Positions 1 to 8,819 are shown, counted from the first letter of the stretch. The stretch is 60,573 nucleotides of DNA from Rickettsiales bacterium (GCA_002689325.1 NZFP01000019.1:1-60573), one strand, 5' to 3'. Numbers and translations are program-made. Notes: generated by a model from the letters alone, not told the origin.

Positions 1-293
1 ATTTTTGGAATCTTTTTTGGACCAACAGGACAATTTCCGTCTGCATCCTTTTCTTCTTCCGCACACTCTTCGGCTACTTCTTCACCTTCTTTTGGTTCTT
101 CCTCAGATGCTTCTGGGTTTTCTTTTTTTTCTATGATTTGAGAGATTTCAGTAGAAGGGTCAGATGAATCATCACCACCGATAAACATTCCTATACCTAG
201 TCCAGCACCGAGTAAAACAATGCCTCCAACAATCATTAAAATCAATTTTATTGGACTCTTTTTTTCTTCTTCTTGATTATTTTCTTCAGCCAT
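1..293 (-). CDS. fliL: 5' part of a single-pass membrane protein, probably flagellar basal-body protein FliL (3' end lies outside the window)
   Basis: ATG at 293-291 with AAGGAG 6 nt upstream. Hand translation is MAEENNQEEEKKSPIKLILMIVGGIVLLGAGLGIGMFIGGDDSS..., a short charged N-terminus plus one TM helix as in FliL. It lies directly downstream of fliK. Confidence 0.45.
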   Translation of the reverse strand, partial: MAEENNQEEEKKSPIKLILMIVGGIVLLGAGLGIGMFIGGDDSSDPSTEISQIIEKKENPEASEEEPKEGEEVAEECAEEEKDADGNCPVGPKKIPK

Positions 294-322
294 TTTTTAC
301 TCCTTACTAAATAAAACTTCAA

Positions 323-1609
323 TTAAGCATTAACGTCAATGCTGTTATTCGTTTTAATTTTTTTAAGTTCGTTTACTTTCTTTTTAAAAACCGTAGTTTC
401 TTGTCTATCATCTTGTTTTTGTTTTTGCTGATTAAAGTAATTGCTATGATTATTACCCTCGTTAAATAGAGAAAATTTTGAATTTTTTTCTTCAATAAGA
501 TCAGTTAATCTTGGTAAGTTATCATTGAGTATATTAGCAGCTTCTTGACTTTCTGCACTTATTTGTATGCTGGTTTTACTATCTTTAAGGGTAACCTCTA
601 AACTTATCTTTCCTAAGTTTTTTGGTTTTAGATCGAAATTTAATTTTGATATTCCTTTATCAATTGAGTTTTTTATTATTTTTGTAAACTTTTCACCCCA
701 GCTACTTTCTAGAAGATCTAATGTCTCTTTGGTGTTAAAGTTTTGATTTACTAAATGTTTTTCTAAAGATTTTGTTTTATTGTTATTGGAGTTTTTAAGC
801 TCAATGCTTGATTCATTTGAATTTTTGCCAGTATTTTTTGTGAGAGGGCTAATAACTCTTCTTGGCGACTCTTTGTTAATTTTATTTTCAACAACTTCTT
901 GTTCATTGTGCGTTTTGGGAATTGTACTGTCATTTTTCTTTTTACTTATTTTTTTTTCTTTAAGTATAATACTCGTTTCTTTCGAAGACTTGACTCTATT
1001 TGCAACTGTTTGAGAGTTGATATTCTTTGGATGATCAATTTCAAGTTTTTTATTTGTTTTATCAAGTTGATTAATTTTGGGGATATCATTTTCAAAATTA
1101 ATTTTTTCAACTTTTTTTATTTTAATTTCAAAATTTGGTGTTTTACCAACTTTTTGCTCATCAAGGTTTTTACTTGTTTCTGGGTTGTTTTTGAAATGAG
1201 TTGTTTTTTTACTTTCATTTAAAGATACTATATTTTTCAAATTATCCGATAAATCGGGTTTTTTAATATCTTTAAAACTTATTTCTTTAGGGTTAAGATT
1301 TTTAACATTGTCAAAACTGGATTCTTTAATGGTTGACTTATTATCAATCCCTAGTTCTTTATAAAAAACCTCTGCAAGGGACCTTGCAACATTCATAGTA
1401 TTTTTGTTTGAGTCAGTTATATTTAACTTATCATCAATTTCTTTTGCATCTAGTTCTTCTACAGAATTATTTTCTGAATCAATACTTTCTAGGTTCACTA
1501 AAGCAAAAAGTTCAGCAAAAAGAGCGTCTATATCTGAAACCTTTTCAGATGATTTGATACCAACTAGTTCGCTGTTACCTTCTAATTTGTTATTTATAAC
1601 CATTTTCAT
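323..1609 (-). CDS. fliK: flagellar hook-length control protein FliK
   Basis: The C-terminal LKPKNLGKISLEVTLKDSKTSIQISAESQEAANILNDNLPRLTDLI fits the conserved FliK C-terminal (Flg_hook) domain pattern. It has a long K/N/E-rich low-complexity ruler region and sits after fliJ. Confidence 0.7.
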   Translation of the reverse strand: MKMVINNKLEGNSELVGIKSSEKVSDIDALFAELFALVNLESIDSENNSVEELDAKEIDDKLNITDSNKNTMNVARSLAEVFYKELGIDNKSTIKESSFDNVKNLNPKEISFKDIKKPDLSDNLKNIVSLNESKKTTHFKNNPETSKNLDEQKVGKTPNFEIKIKKVEKINFENDIPKINQLDKTNKKLEIDHPKNINSQTVANRVKSSKETSIILKEKKISKKKNDSTIPKTHNEQEVVENKINKESPRRVISPLTKNTGKNSNESSIELKNSNNNKTKSLEKHLVNQNFNTKETLDLLESSWGEKFTKIIKNSIDKGISKLNFDLKPKNLGKISLEVTLKDSKTSIQISAESQEAANILNDNLPRLTDLIEEKNSKFSLFNEGNNHSNYFNQQKQKQDDRQETTVFKKKVNELKKIKTNNSIDVNA

Positions 1610-1620
1610 GATAAATTATT

Positions 1621-1637
1621 TTGCAATAATAGTGCCA
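1621..1637 (-). promoter_or_regulatory. sigma-54 (RpoN) -24/-12 promoter immediately upstream of fliK
   Basis: The reverse strand 1637->1621 reads TGGCACTATTATTGCAA, an exact TGGCAC-N5-TTGCA. It lies in the 36-nt gap between the fliJ stop (1646-1648) and the fliK ATG (1609). Confidence 0.6.
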
Positions 1638-1645
1638 CAAAGTCG

Positions 1646-2050
1646 TTACAGAACATTTTTAACTTTAAAATTTTGATGATTTTTTAAATCTTTTTCATTT
1701 TGTCCAATTATAAAATCCTCATGGATCTTTTTTTGTATGATTTCTTGTTGCTTATTAACTTTTGATATTTGACTGACATACCCAGTAATTTCTTTTTCAA
1801 TATGAAGCTTTCTATTTCTAGAAATTTCTATTTTTTCATTAATATTCTCTCTAAAGTAAGAATTGTTTTTAAGTTGTGAAGAACTTATTGTAGCTCCTTC
1901 TTTAAAACTCGATTTATCTAGTAATTGTTGAAGTTCTAAATTTATATTTTCTAATTTATTTTTTTCATTATTGAGTGTTCCAAGCGAATTGAACAAACTA
2001 TTTTTTTTTATTTTTTTTAAAATAGTTAATAATTTATATCTTTTTTTCAT
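1646..2050 (-). CDS. fliJ: flagellar export chaperone-like protein FliJ (positional call)
   Basis: A 134-aa K/E/Q-rich coiled-coil-looking ORF that starts on the base after the fliI stop, the canonical FliJ position. There is no motif-level proof. Confidence 0.55.
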   Translation of the reverse strand: MKKRYKLLTILKKIKKNSLFNSLGTLNNEKNKLENINLELQQLLDKSSFKEGATISSSQLKNNSYFRENINEKIEISRNRKLHIEKEITGYVSQISKVNKQQEIIQKKIHEDFIIGQNEKDLKNHQNFKVKNVL

Positions 2051-3364
2051 CTAACCGAAATTCTTTAAAATATTAAGACACTCACTAAAATTGGTTTTTT
2101 TTCTGTAATCTTGTTTTATGAGTTCGCAAATTTTAGGCCAAAGATCTAGTGCTTTATCTATTTGTTCGTTTTGCCCTTGATTATATCCACCCATTAGAAC
2201 AAGGTCCTTATTTTCCTGATAAACAGAAAACATCTTCTTAATTAATTCTGCCTTATTTTTATGATCTTCAGAAATGATAGAATTCATAACTCTACTTAAT
2301 GAGTTGTTCACGTCAATCGCGGGAAAAATTCCTAATTGAGCAAATTCTCTTGACAAAACAATGTGACCATCAAGAATAGCTCTAGCAGAATCAACAACAG
2401 GGTCATTGGTATCGTCAGAGTCTGCTAAAATAGTATAAAAACTTGTTATGGAGCCCTCCTTACCTGAACCAGTACCAGTTCTTTCTATTAAGTTGGGTAT
2501 CATGGATATTACTGAAGGGGGATAACCCTTAGATGTAGGTTGTTCTCCGAGTGCTAACCCTACTTCTCTTTTAGCATGAGCAATTCTTGTCAAAGAATCC
2601 ATTATTAGAAGAACATTTTTTCCTTTAGATCTAAAATATTCTGCAATGGCTGTTGCTCTTTCAGCACCTTTAATTCTCAATAATGGGGATTTATCAGCTG
2701 GTACGGCAACAATAGTCGTTCTTTTTTTTGTTTCATCATTTAATACTTCTGATATAAAATTTCCCAATTCTCTTCCTCTTTCACCAATAAGTGCAACTAC
2801 CACTACATCTGCTTCTGTAAATTTTGTCATCATTCCTAAAAGGATTGATTTACCAACTCCTGAACCAGCAATTATTCCAAGTCTTTGTCCTCTGCCTACA
2901 GTAAAGAGAGTGTTAATAGCTTTAATTCCAACATCTAAAGTTTGTGTGATTGGATTCTTTTTCATTGGGTTGATATTTTTTCCATTTATAGGCCAAATCT
3001 CATCTAGTGAAAGCTCTTTATCATCAATTGGTTGTCCAAATGCATCAATTACTCTCCCTAATATATTTTGACCAACTTCTACTTCTGTACTTCCCTGAGA
3101 TGCTTCAATTAATGACCCAGAAACTAAATTTGCATTTTGATCATGGATGGCAATAAGATTTTTCTTTTCTCTAAAGCCAATAATTTCTCCTGTAACAAAT
3201 GTACCATTATCACAGTGTAGTTTGCATAGAGTACCAATAGGTGAGGGAAAAGAGTCGCATTCTACAATTTTTCCATCGAATTTTGTAATTCTACTTTTAA
3301 ACGATTTAATGTTGGAAAAAGAAAGTTTTTCAACATTAGATAGCATTTGTTCAGCTATTAGCAT
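2051..3364 (-). CDS. fliI: flagellum-specific type III export ATPase FliI
   Basis: Walker A GSGVGKS, Walker B LLIMDSLTR, and F1/T3SS-ATPase-like sequence throughout. I chose the ATG at 3364 (14-nt overlap with fliH). ATG 3346 and the track start 3427 are alternatives. Confidence 0.93.
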   Translation of the reverse strand: MLIAEQMLSNVEKLSFSNIKSFKSRITKFDGKIVECDSFPSPIGTLCKLHCDNGTFVTGEIIGFREKKNLIAIHDQNANLVSGSLIEASQGSTEVEVGQNILGRVIDAFGQPIDDKELSLDEIWPINGKNINPMKKNPITQTLDVGIKAINTLFTVGRGQRLGIIAGSGVGKSILLGMMTKFTEADVVVVALIGERGRELGNFISEVLNDETKKRTTIVAVPADKSPLLRIKGAERATAIAEYFRSKGKNVLLIMDSLTRIAHAKREVGLALGEQPTSKGYPPSVISMIPNLIERTGTGSGKEGSITSFYTILADSDDTNDPVVDSARAILDGHIVLSREFAQLGIFPAIDVNNSLSRVMNSIISEDHKNKAELIKKMFSVYQENKDLVLMGGYNQGQNEQIDKALDLWPKICELIKQDYRKKTNFSECLNILKNFG

Positions 3365-4304
3365 GTTCTTCTTTTTTTTGAGGTAAAGTTTCACCTGAGT
3401 TTCTTTTAAGATCCTTATCTTCTTCATTAGTTAAAGTGTTTGCCTTATCCTGTAAATTGTTGAGCTCTTTTTTGATAGTGTTGCTTTGAGATAGCTTAAT
3501 TTTATCATCTATTATTTCAGAAACCTCAATTGATCCAGATTTTATTTTGAGATCACCACGTTGAAGACTTTTGTCGACTAAAAGTGAAAAACTCAAGTTT
3601 ATTTTATTTTCACTACAAAAATTTTTTACAGAATTGTAGTCATTTTCATTAAGTAAAATATTTATTTTATTATTTTCATCAAAGATTTCTGACAATTCTG
3701 TAATTTTTTTTATAAAAAAATCTGTTTTTGTATCAATTTCGTAGCCTAATATTTCTTTAATTATACTGGACATTTTTTGATTTAACGTGCTTGTTATTTT
3801 TTCTGAAAATTCTGGTGTGATTACAAAGATGTTATCAGTAATATTTTTTAAAGATACAGCAAGTGCCTGCTCACCCTTTTCTAATTCTTCCTTAGTTTTT
3901 TTAACACCTAAATAGTAACCTTTGTTGTAATATTCTTTTGCTAAATCATTAGCCATTTTTTTTGCTTCAACTTCCGTATATTTTTTTTCCTCAATTTTTT
4001 TTTCTAATTCTTCTTTTTTGTCTACACTTGATTCATTTTCTATTTTTGTGTTTTCATTTTTTTGCTGAATCTCTGATTTTTGTATTTCTTGATTTTTAGA
4101 CTTTTTATTTTCAGAACTATTAGCTAATTCAATTAAAGTTTTTTTTTTAAATAAGTTTGGTATTTTTTCTAAAATTTCTTTGTCCTTTATAAAATCTTGC
4201 CTTGTTTTACTTAAAAGACTTAGTATTTCTTCAGTTTTTAGAGCTTCAGAATCTTGTTTTTTTTCAACTTCATTTTCAGTTTTTTTTTCTTCTAAGGGCA
4301 TCAT
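3351..4304 (-). CDS. fliH: flagellar assembly protein FliH
   Basis: E/K-rich N-terminal half and a FliH-like C-terminal domain (...LQRGDLKIKSGSIEVSEIIDDKI). It lies between fliG and fliI with an ATGA overlap on the fliG stop. Confidence 0.7.
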   Translation of the reverse strand: MMPLEEKKTENEVEKKQDSEALKTEEILSLLSKTRQDFIKDKEILEKIPNLFKKKTLIELANSSENKKSKNQEIQKSEIQQKNENTKIENESSVDKKEELEKKIEEKKYTEVEAKKMANDLAKEYYNKGYYLGVKKTKEELEKGEQALAVSLKNITDNIFVITPEFSEKITSTLNQKMSSIIKEILGYEIDTKTDFFIKKITELSEIFDENNKINILLNENDYNSVKNFCSENKINLSFSLLVDKSLQRGDLKIKSGSIEVSEIIDDKIKLSQSNTIKKELNNLQDKANTLTNEEDKDLKRNSGETLPQKKEEHANS

Positions 4305-5350
4305 ACGAAGTCATCTCCGCCTCTTCCAGCGAGAACAATAGTACCTTCATCAGACATAGTTCTTGCTACATTTATAACTGCTTTTTGCGCCTCTTGAACT
4401 TCTGTTAATCTTATAGGACCAAGAACTTCCATCTCATCTTTAATATTTGCTGCTGCTCTTTGAGACATGCAGTTGAATATCTTTTCCTTTAATTCATCAT
4501 CGGTTCCTTTTAAAGCAATAATAAGAATTTCTTGATCGACATTCCTGAGTAGTGTTTGCATACTTCTGTCATCCATCAAAATTAAAGTTTCAAAAGTAAA
4601 CATGCTTTCTTGTATTTCTTTTGCTAGATGCCTATCTTTTTCCCCAAGTGCTTTAATAACTCTTTGCTCCATATTTTGTTTTGTAAAGTTCATAATTCCA
4701 GCAGCCGCTTTAACCCCTCCAACAGATGATGCTCTTAATGACGTATTAGTCTTAAATTTCAGTTGCATAACTTTTTCAAGTTCTTCTAAGGCATCTGGTT
4801 GAACAGTTTCTAATGTCGCGATTCTGTGTATTATGTCAGACTGCACGTCTTCAGGTAGAAGAACTAATACATCAGCTGCCGTTCCTGGTTCTAAATATGA
4901 AATAATAAGTGACATGATTTGCGGGTGCTCATCTGAAATTAATTCCGCAACCGATCTGGCATCCATCCAGTCTAAAATTTCAATTGGTTTGTCACTTTCT
5001 GTAGGTGTTATTCTTCCTAAAACTGATTGTGCTTTGTTTTCACCAAGAGCTTTTGTCATCACATTTCTAATATAATTAGATGAACCCATACCTAAATCTG
5101 TTTGGGTTTTTATAATTGCTAAAAACTCGTCTAAAACTCTGTTAACTGTATCTTGATCTAAACCTTGAACATTATACATTTCTTTTCCTAGCTGCTGAAC
5201 TTCCTTAGGACCAAGGTTTTTTAGTATCTCAGATGCCTCTTCTTCTCCTAATAGCATCATCAAAATTGCACATTTTTGAGTACTTGTTAGTCTATCGTAG
5301 GGTGATAACTCTTCTTCATTATTTTGGTCTTTTTTTTCATTTTCAGCCAT
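4301..5350 (-). CDS. fliG: flagellar motor switch protein FliG
   Basis: DEHPQIMSLIISYLEP (the EHPQ motif) and a typical FliG C-terminus ...TMSDEGTIVLAGRGGDDFV. Confidence 0.95.
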   Translation of the reverse strand: MAENEKKDQNNEEELSPYDRLTSTQKCAILMMLLGEEEASEILKNLGPKEVQQLGKEMYNVQGLDQDTVNRVLDEFLAIIKTQTDLGMGSSNYIRNVMTKALGENKAQSVLGRITPTESDKPIEILDWMDARSVAELISDEHPQIMSLIISYLEPGTAADVLVLLPEDVQSDIIHRIATLETVQPDALEELEKVMQLKFKTNTSLRASSVGGVKAAAGIMNFTKQNMEQRVIKALGEKDRHLAKEIQESMFTFETLILMDDRSMQTLLRNVDQEILIIALKGTDDELKEKIFNCMSQRAAANIKDEMEVLGPIRLTEVQEAQKAVINVARTMSDEGTIVLAGRGGDDFV

Positions 5351-5373
5351 TAACTTTTCCTTTAAATGTAATG

Positions 5374-7110
5374 TTATAGTGCATCTTTTTTCATTAATTG
5401 TCTAAATACATTTGAGACTTTTCCAGCCTCATCTCCAACAATCATTCTTATAACTGCAACCTTATCATCATAAGTATTTGCTGTATCAAGCATCTCTGCA
5501 GAAATAGCAGCTTTTTTAGGTTTTAACTTAGCTTTAATATCTTCTAATGACTCTCCTTCTTGAACTTCAACTTCTCCCTCTTCTTCAGCCTCTAAATCAG
5601 CTTCTGAAACGCCTCCAGGTGCACCTGCGCCTGCACCAGCACCAGCCGATGGTACAAGAATTCTGTTCAGAAGTGGTTTAAGTGCACCAAAAGTTATTAT
5701 TGCTAGTATCAAAACAGTTGAAATTTGTCCTGCAATGTTTTGAAACCAAGCTTGTTCGTACCACTTAGTTACTATGACTTCAAGTTCCTCAATAAATTCG
5801 TTACTAGTAACAACTATGCTGTCCCCTCTGTCACCGTTAAATCCTACAGCTTCTTTCACTAATGAGGATATTTTTTCTTTTTCTTCATCACTCAATGGCT
5901 CAGTAACTTTTCCTTCCGGAGTCTGTATAACTTTATTTTTAATTAATACGGCAGTTTTGACTTTTCTTATTTTTCCGATTTGTCCAATTGTTGTACTGAG
6001 TTTTTTACTAACTTCGTAGTTCTTAACATTTGACGTTGATCTCTGTTTAAATTCTTGTTCCGTTCCTTCAACTGGAGTATCAATTTGAAGATCTGCAGCT
6101 AAAGGTGCCTGGTTTGCTACAGCACCTGGAATACCTCTCGCTGGTCTATCAGTTGATTCATCTGCACTATTTTGCTCGCTTCTTGTAGAAATACTTTCTG
6201 GATCAAATGTTTCTTCTGTGACTTGTGTGTTAGCAAAATCCATTTCTACATTAACTTGTGCGGTTAAGTTGCCAGCTCCTACCATGGGTGTAACCAAGGA
6301 TAAAATTCTCTCTCTATAAAGAGACTCAATTTTTATTCTATGATTTAATTGTTTTTCTGTTAGTGCAATATTTGGATCATCCTCTGGTTTAGATAAAAGT
6401 TTTCCGTATTGATCTACAACAGTAACATTGTCTGATGACATATTAGGAATTGAGGAAGAAACAATATGTACTATTGCTCTTACTTGTTCTCTATTTAAAA
6501 CTCTTCCATCAGCTAATTTTACAAATACTGATGCAGTTGGAGACCCTGCATCTCTCACAAACACCGATCTTTCGGGTATAGCCAGATGGACTCGTGCACC
6601 TATAACATAAGAAATTTCATTAATTGATCTTGCTAATTCTATTTCTTGTGTTTGCTTCATTTTCATAAATTCAACTGATCTGCTTGTCCCCATAGGAATT
6701 TTTTCTAAAAGATCATAACCCTGAGGAACAGAACTAGGAAGGCCTTCAGCAGCTAGCTTCATTTTTGCCTCATAATATTCTGGTGATGGTACAAGAACTT
6801 CGCCAGTAGTTGAATCAATTGAAACATCTATTCCATTAGACCTTAAAACATCAATTACTCTTGATTTTTCATGTTCAGGAAGAGACGAAAAAAGAGTTGT
6901 TCTTGATGGCTCTCTAAAAGAAATAAAAAAAACCATCCCAATAAAAATAACAAATAAGGTTATCATTACAGGTATCGATCTTTGAATAGCAGGCTCATTA
7001 GAAAACCTTTTAATTTTTTCTAAAGCATCTCCAATATTTGAAATTAGTCCTCCGCTAGTATTTATTGAAGGTTTACTTGCTAATTCTGTAGTTTGTGTTT
7101 GCTCTGCCAT
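5374..7110 (-). CDS. fliF: flagellar MS-ring protein FliF
   Basis: 578 aa with an N-terminal TM helix, FliF/YscJ-type ring-domain sequence, a second TM helix near the C-terminus and an acidic FliG-binding tail. It lies between fliE and fliG. Confidence 0.93.
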   Translation of the reverse strand: MAEQTQTTELASKPSINTSGGLISNIGDALEKIKRFSNEPAIQRSIPVMITLFVIFIGMVFFISFREPSRTTLFSSLPEHEKSRVIDVLRSNGIDVSIDSTTGEVLVPSPEYYEAKMKLAAEGLPSSVPQGYDLLEKIPMGTSRSVEFMKMKQTQEIELARSINEISYVIGARVHLAIPERSVFVRDAGSPTASVFVKLADGRVLNREQVRAIVHIVSSSIPNMSSDNVTVVDQYGKLLSKPEDDPNIALTEKQLNHRIKIESLYRERILSLVTPMVGAGNLTAQVNVEMDFANTQVTEETFDPESISTRSEQNSADESTDRPARGIPGAVANQAPLAADLQIDTPVEGTEQEFKQRSTSNVKNYEVSKKLSTTIGQIGKIRKVKTAVLIKNKVIQTPEGKVTEPLSDEEKEKISSLVKEAVGFNGDRGDSIVVTSNEFIEELEVIVTKWYEQAWFQNIAGQISTVLILAIITFGALKPLLNRILVPSAGAGAGAGAPGGVSEADLEAEEEGEVEVQEGESLEDIKAKLKPKKAAISAEMLDTANTYDDKVAVIRMIVGDEAGKVSNVFRQLMKKDAL

Positions 7111-7125
7111 TTTTTACCTCACTAA

Positions 7126-7470
7126 TTAAACCGGCATATTCATAATATCTTTGTAAGCTGTTAATACTTTATTTCTTACATTAAGTGTCATTTGAAAACC
7201 AAGACTTGCTAGTTGTTGATTTATCATTACTTTTGTAAGATCATTTTCTAATCCCAGCTCAAAATTTTTTGTCAATTCAGCACTTTTTAGTTGTCCATTA
7301 GAAACATCACCAATTGCGTTTTTAATACTTTCTAAAAAATCATTATCCTTCTGTTCATCAATTTTGGGTGTTAAGTTTGCAACACCTTCCTGAATATTTT
7401 TGATTTGTTCTTGATTATTGTTGACTTTAACTAAGTCAGGCTTAAATACTGTAGTAAGATTCGGTTTCAT
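7126..7470 (-). CDS. fliE: flagellar hook-basal body complex protein FliE
   Basis: The C-terminal QQLASLGFQMTLNVRNKVLTAYKDIMNMPV matches the conserved FliE C-terminus. The track start (7488) is a TTG. ATG 7470 is preceded by AAGGA. Confidence 0.85.
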   Translation of the reverse strand: MKPNLTTVFKPDLVKVNNNQEQIKNIQEGVANLTPKIDEQKDNDFLESIKNAIGDVSNGQLKSAELTKNFELGLENDLTKVMINQQLASLGFQMTLNVRNKVLTAYKDIMNMPV

Positions 7471-7493
7471 AAACTTTTTTCCTTTCAATTAGA

Positions 7494-8645
7494 CTAGACT
7501 ACCGCTGCCTTTTCGGTATGTTCATTAAAATTTTGGTAAAGGTTTTTATTATTATTTAAATCAATCATAATATCAGCTTCGTTGATGATATTGCTTTCTG
7601 ATAAAACTATCGCTCTTTGAAGAACATTTTCTAGTTCACGAACATTCCCCGGCCAGTCATAATCTTTAAGAATTTTTTGAGCATTTTTTGTTATATACGG
7701 AATTTTATCAAATTCAGAATGTCTTTTTAATAAAGCAACACTAATTGGAATAATATCATTAGGTCGTTCAGATAAATTTAGTGTTTCAAGAGGAAAAACA
7801 TTTAATCTATAATAAAGGTCCTCGCGAAATTTTTTTTCTTTCACTTCAGTTATCATATCTCTATTAGTAGTTGCTATAACTCTGACATCAACGTCAATAT
7901 CTCTTTGCCCACCTATCGGTGTAACTTTTTTTTCTTGAAGTACTCTAAGTAATTTTGCTTGAAGAGAAAGTGGCATTTCAGAAATTTCATCTAAGAGTAA
8001 TGTTCCACTATCTGCAGCACGAAAAATTCCTTTGTTAGCAGATGATGCACCCGTAAATGCGCCTTTTTCATGTCCAAAAAGCATAGCCTCAAGCATATTT
8101 TCAGGGATTGCAGCACAATTTATTGCCACAAAAGGTTTTTCATCTCTTTTTGAGTTTTGATGTATAAAACTAGAAATAACTTCTTTTCCTGTGCCTGTGG
8201 GGCCATGAATAAAAACGGTGACATTTGTTTCAGCAACTTTTTTAGCTAAGTTTATAAGCTTTTCTGTTTTAGGGTCAGAGAAGCTATATTTTTCTGATTC
8301 GATAACTTGAAAAATAACTTCGTTTATTACTTCGTCAAATTGTGAAAAAGACACTAATAAATATGCTCCACCAAGATCACTAAAAATTGAATATTCTTCA
8401 TTTGAGTTATCAAGAACAATTATATTGGTGCTTCCAATTTTTCTTGATATTTTTAAAATTTCTGATTTGCCGCCAATATTATCTTGAAACTTTTTTGAGC
8501 AAACAACAGTAGACTTGTTTTTTTCTAAATCTAAAGTTTCTTTTTTTTCGATTAAACTTACATTACAATTTTTATTTTTTAAAAATTTAAAAACTTCTTC
8601 TGATTTTTCAAAAAAGTCCTTAATTATATATATATCCTTCATCAT
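7494..8645 (-). CDS. sigma-54-dependent activator (bEBP) with a degenerate receiver-like N-terminal domain, an AAA+ core and no C-terminal HTH
   Basis: Walker A GPTGTGKE, GAFTGA loop ([10 protein letters not shown]), Walker B LLLDEI, sensor II region GNVRELENV. Only about 35 aa follow, which is too short for a Fis-type HTH. The N-terminal ~120 aa look like a receiver fold but I cannot place the phospho-acceptor Asp or the conserved Lys. I moved the start to ATG-ATG at 8645/8642 because the track TTG 8693 lies inside a promoter-like element. Confidence 0.85.
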   Translation of the reverse strand: MMKDIYIIKDFFEKSEEVFKFLKNKNCNVSLIEKKETLDLEKNKSTVVCSKKFQDNIGGKSEILKISRKIGSTNIIVLDNSNEEYSIFSDLGGAYLLVSFSQFDEVINEVIFQVIESEKYSFSDPKTEKLINLAKKVAETNVTVFIHGPTGTGKEVISSFIHQNSKRDEKPFVAINCAAIPENMLEAMLFGHEKGAFTGASSANKGIFRAADSGTLLLDEISEMPLSLQAKLLRVLQEKKVTPIGGQRDIDVDVRVIATTNRDMITEVKEKKFREDLYYRLNVFPLETLNLSERPNDIIPISVALLKRHSEFDKIPYITKNAQKILKDYDWPGNVRELENVLQRAIVLSESNIINEADIMIDLNNNKNLYQNFNEHTEKAAVV

Positions 8646-8677
8646 AAACCTTTGTTCAGTATTTGTATTTTTTAAAA

Positions 8678-8692
8678 GCAAGAAACTTACCA
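8678..8692 (-). promoter_or_regulatory. sigma-54-type -24/-12 promoter for the activator-fliEFGHIJ operon
   Basis: The reverse strand 8692->8678 reads TGGTAAGTTTCTTGC, with GG-N10-GC spacing, TGG plus an exact TTGC followed by T. It is about 33 nt upstream of ATG 8645, with AAAGG before the ATG. Confidence 0.5.
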
Positions 8693-8787
8693 AATCATAT
8701 AGGATAATTAATTTTTTTTATTTTTATCAGTAATTTCAATAACTTATAAAACAATGTTTTTTTTATTTTTTTTACAATTTGAATATT

Positions 8788-8801
8788 GTCATTTTTCTGA
8801 C
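8788..8801. promoter_or_regulatory. GTCA-N6-TGAC inverted repeat, a candidate activator-binding (FleQ-box-like) site
   Basis: GTCATTTTTCTGAC sits in the divergent intergenic region. It is about 100 bp upstream of the -24 element at 8690-8692 (minus strand) and 18 nt upstream of the ATG of the HTH-bearing activator at 8820. Confidence 0.3.
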
Positions 8802-8819
8802 ATTATTTGTAATGATATT

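Noticed and set aside
175-184. CCGATAA resembling the -10 part of a sigma-28 (FliA) promoter
   Set aside because: It lies on the plus strand inside the minus-strand fliL-like ORF, with no plus-strand gene downstream and no TAAA -35 element at the right spacing.
780-1676. Plus-strand ORFs 780-1013, 899-1222 and 1404-1676 opposite fliK
   Set aside because: These are F/L/I/S-rich shadow frames of the K/N/E-rich fliK gene. They have no recognisable motif and lie entirely within a well-supported gene on the other strand.
2646-3386. Plus-strand ORFs 2646-3071 and 3147-3386 opposite fliI
   Set aside because: They are antisense shadows of a highly conserved ATPase gene. The translations are low complexity with no motifs.
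5617-5650. Short GC-rich tandem repeat (gcacctgcgcctgcaccagcaccagcc)
   Set aside because: It encodes the (Gly-Ala)n linker SAGAGAGAGAPGG of FliF on the minus strand. It is coding low complexity and not a repeat element or CRISPR-like array.
4202-6610. Plus-strand ORFs opposite fliH, fliG and fliF (4202-4408, 4602-4802, 4833-5075, 5774-6019, 6428-6610)
   Set aside because: All lie inside strongly supported flagellar genes on the minus strand and none shows a recognisable domain.
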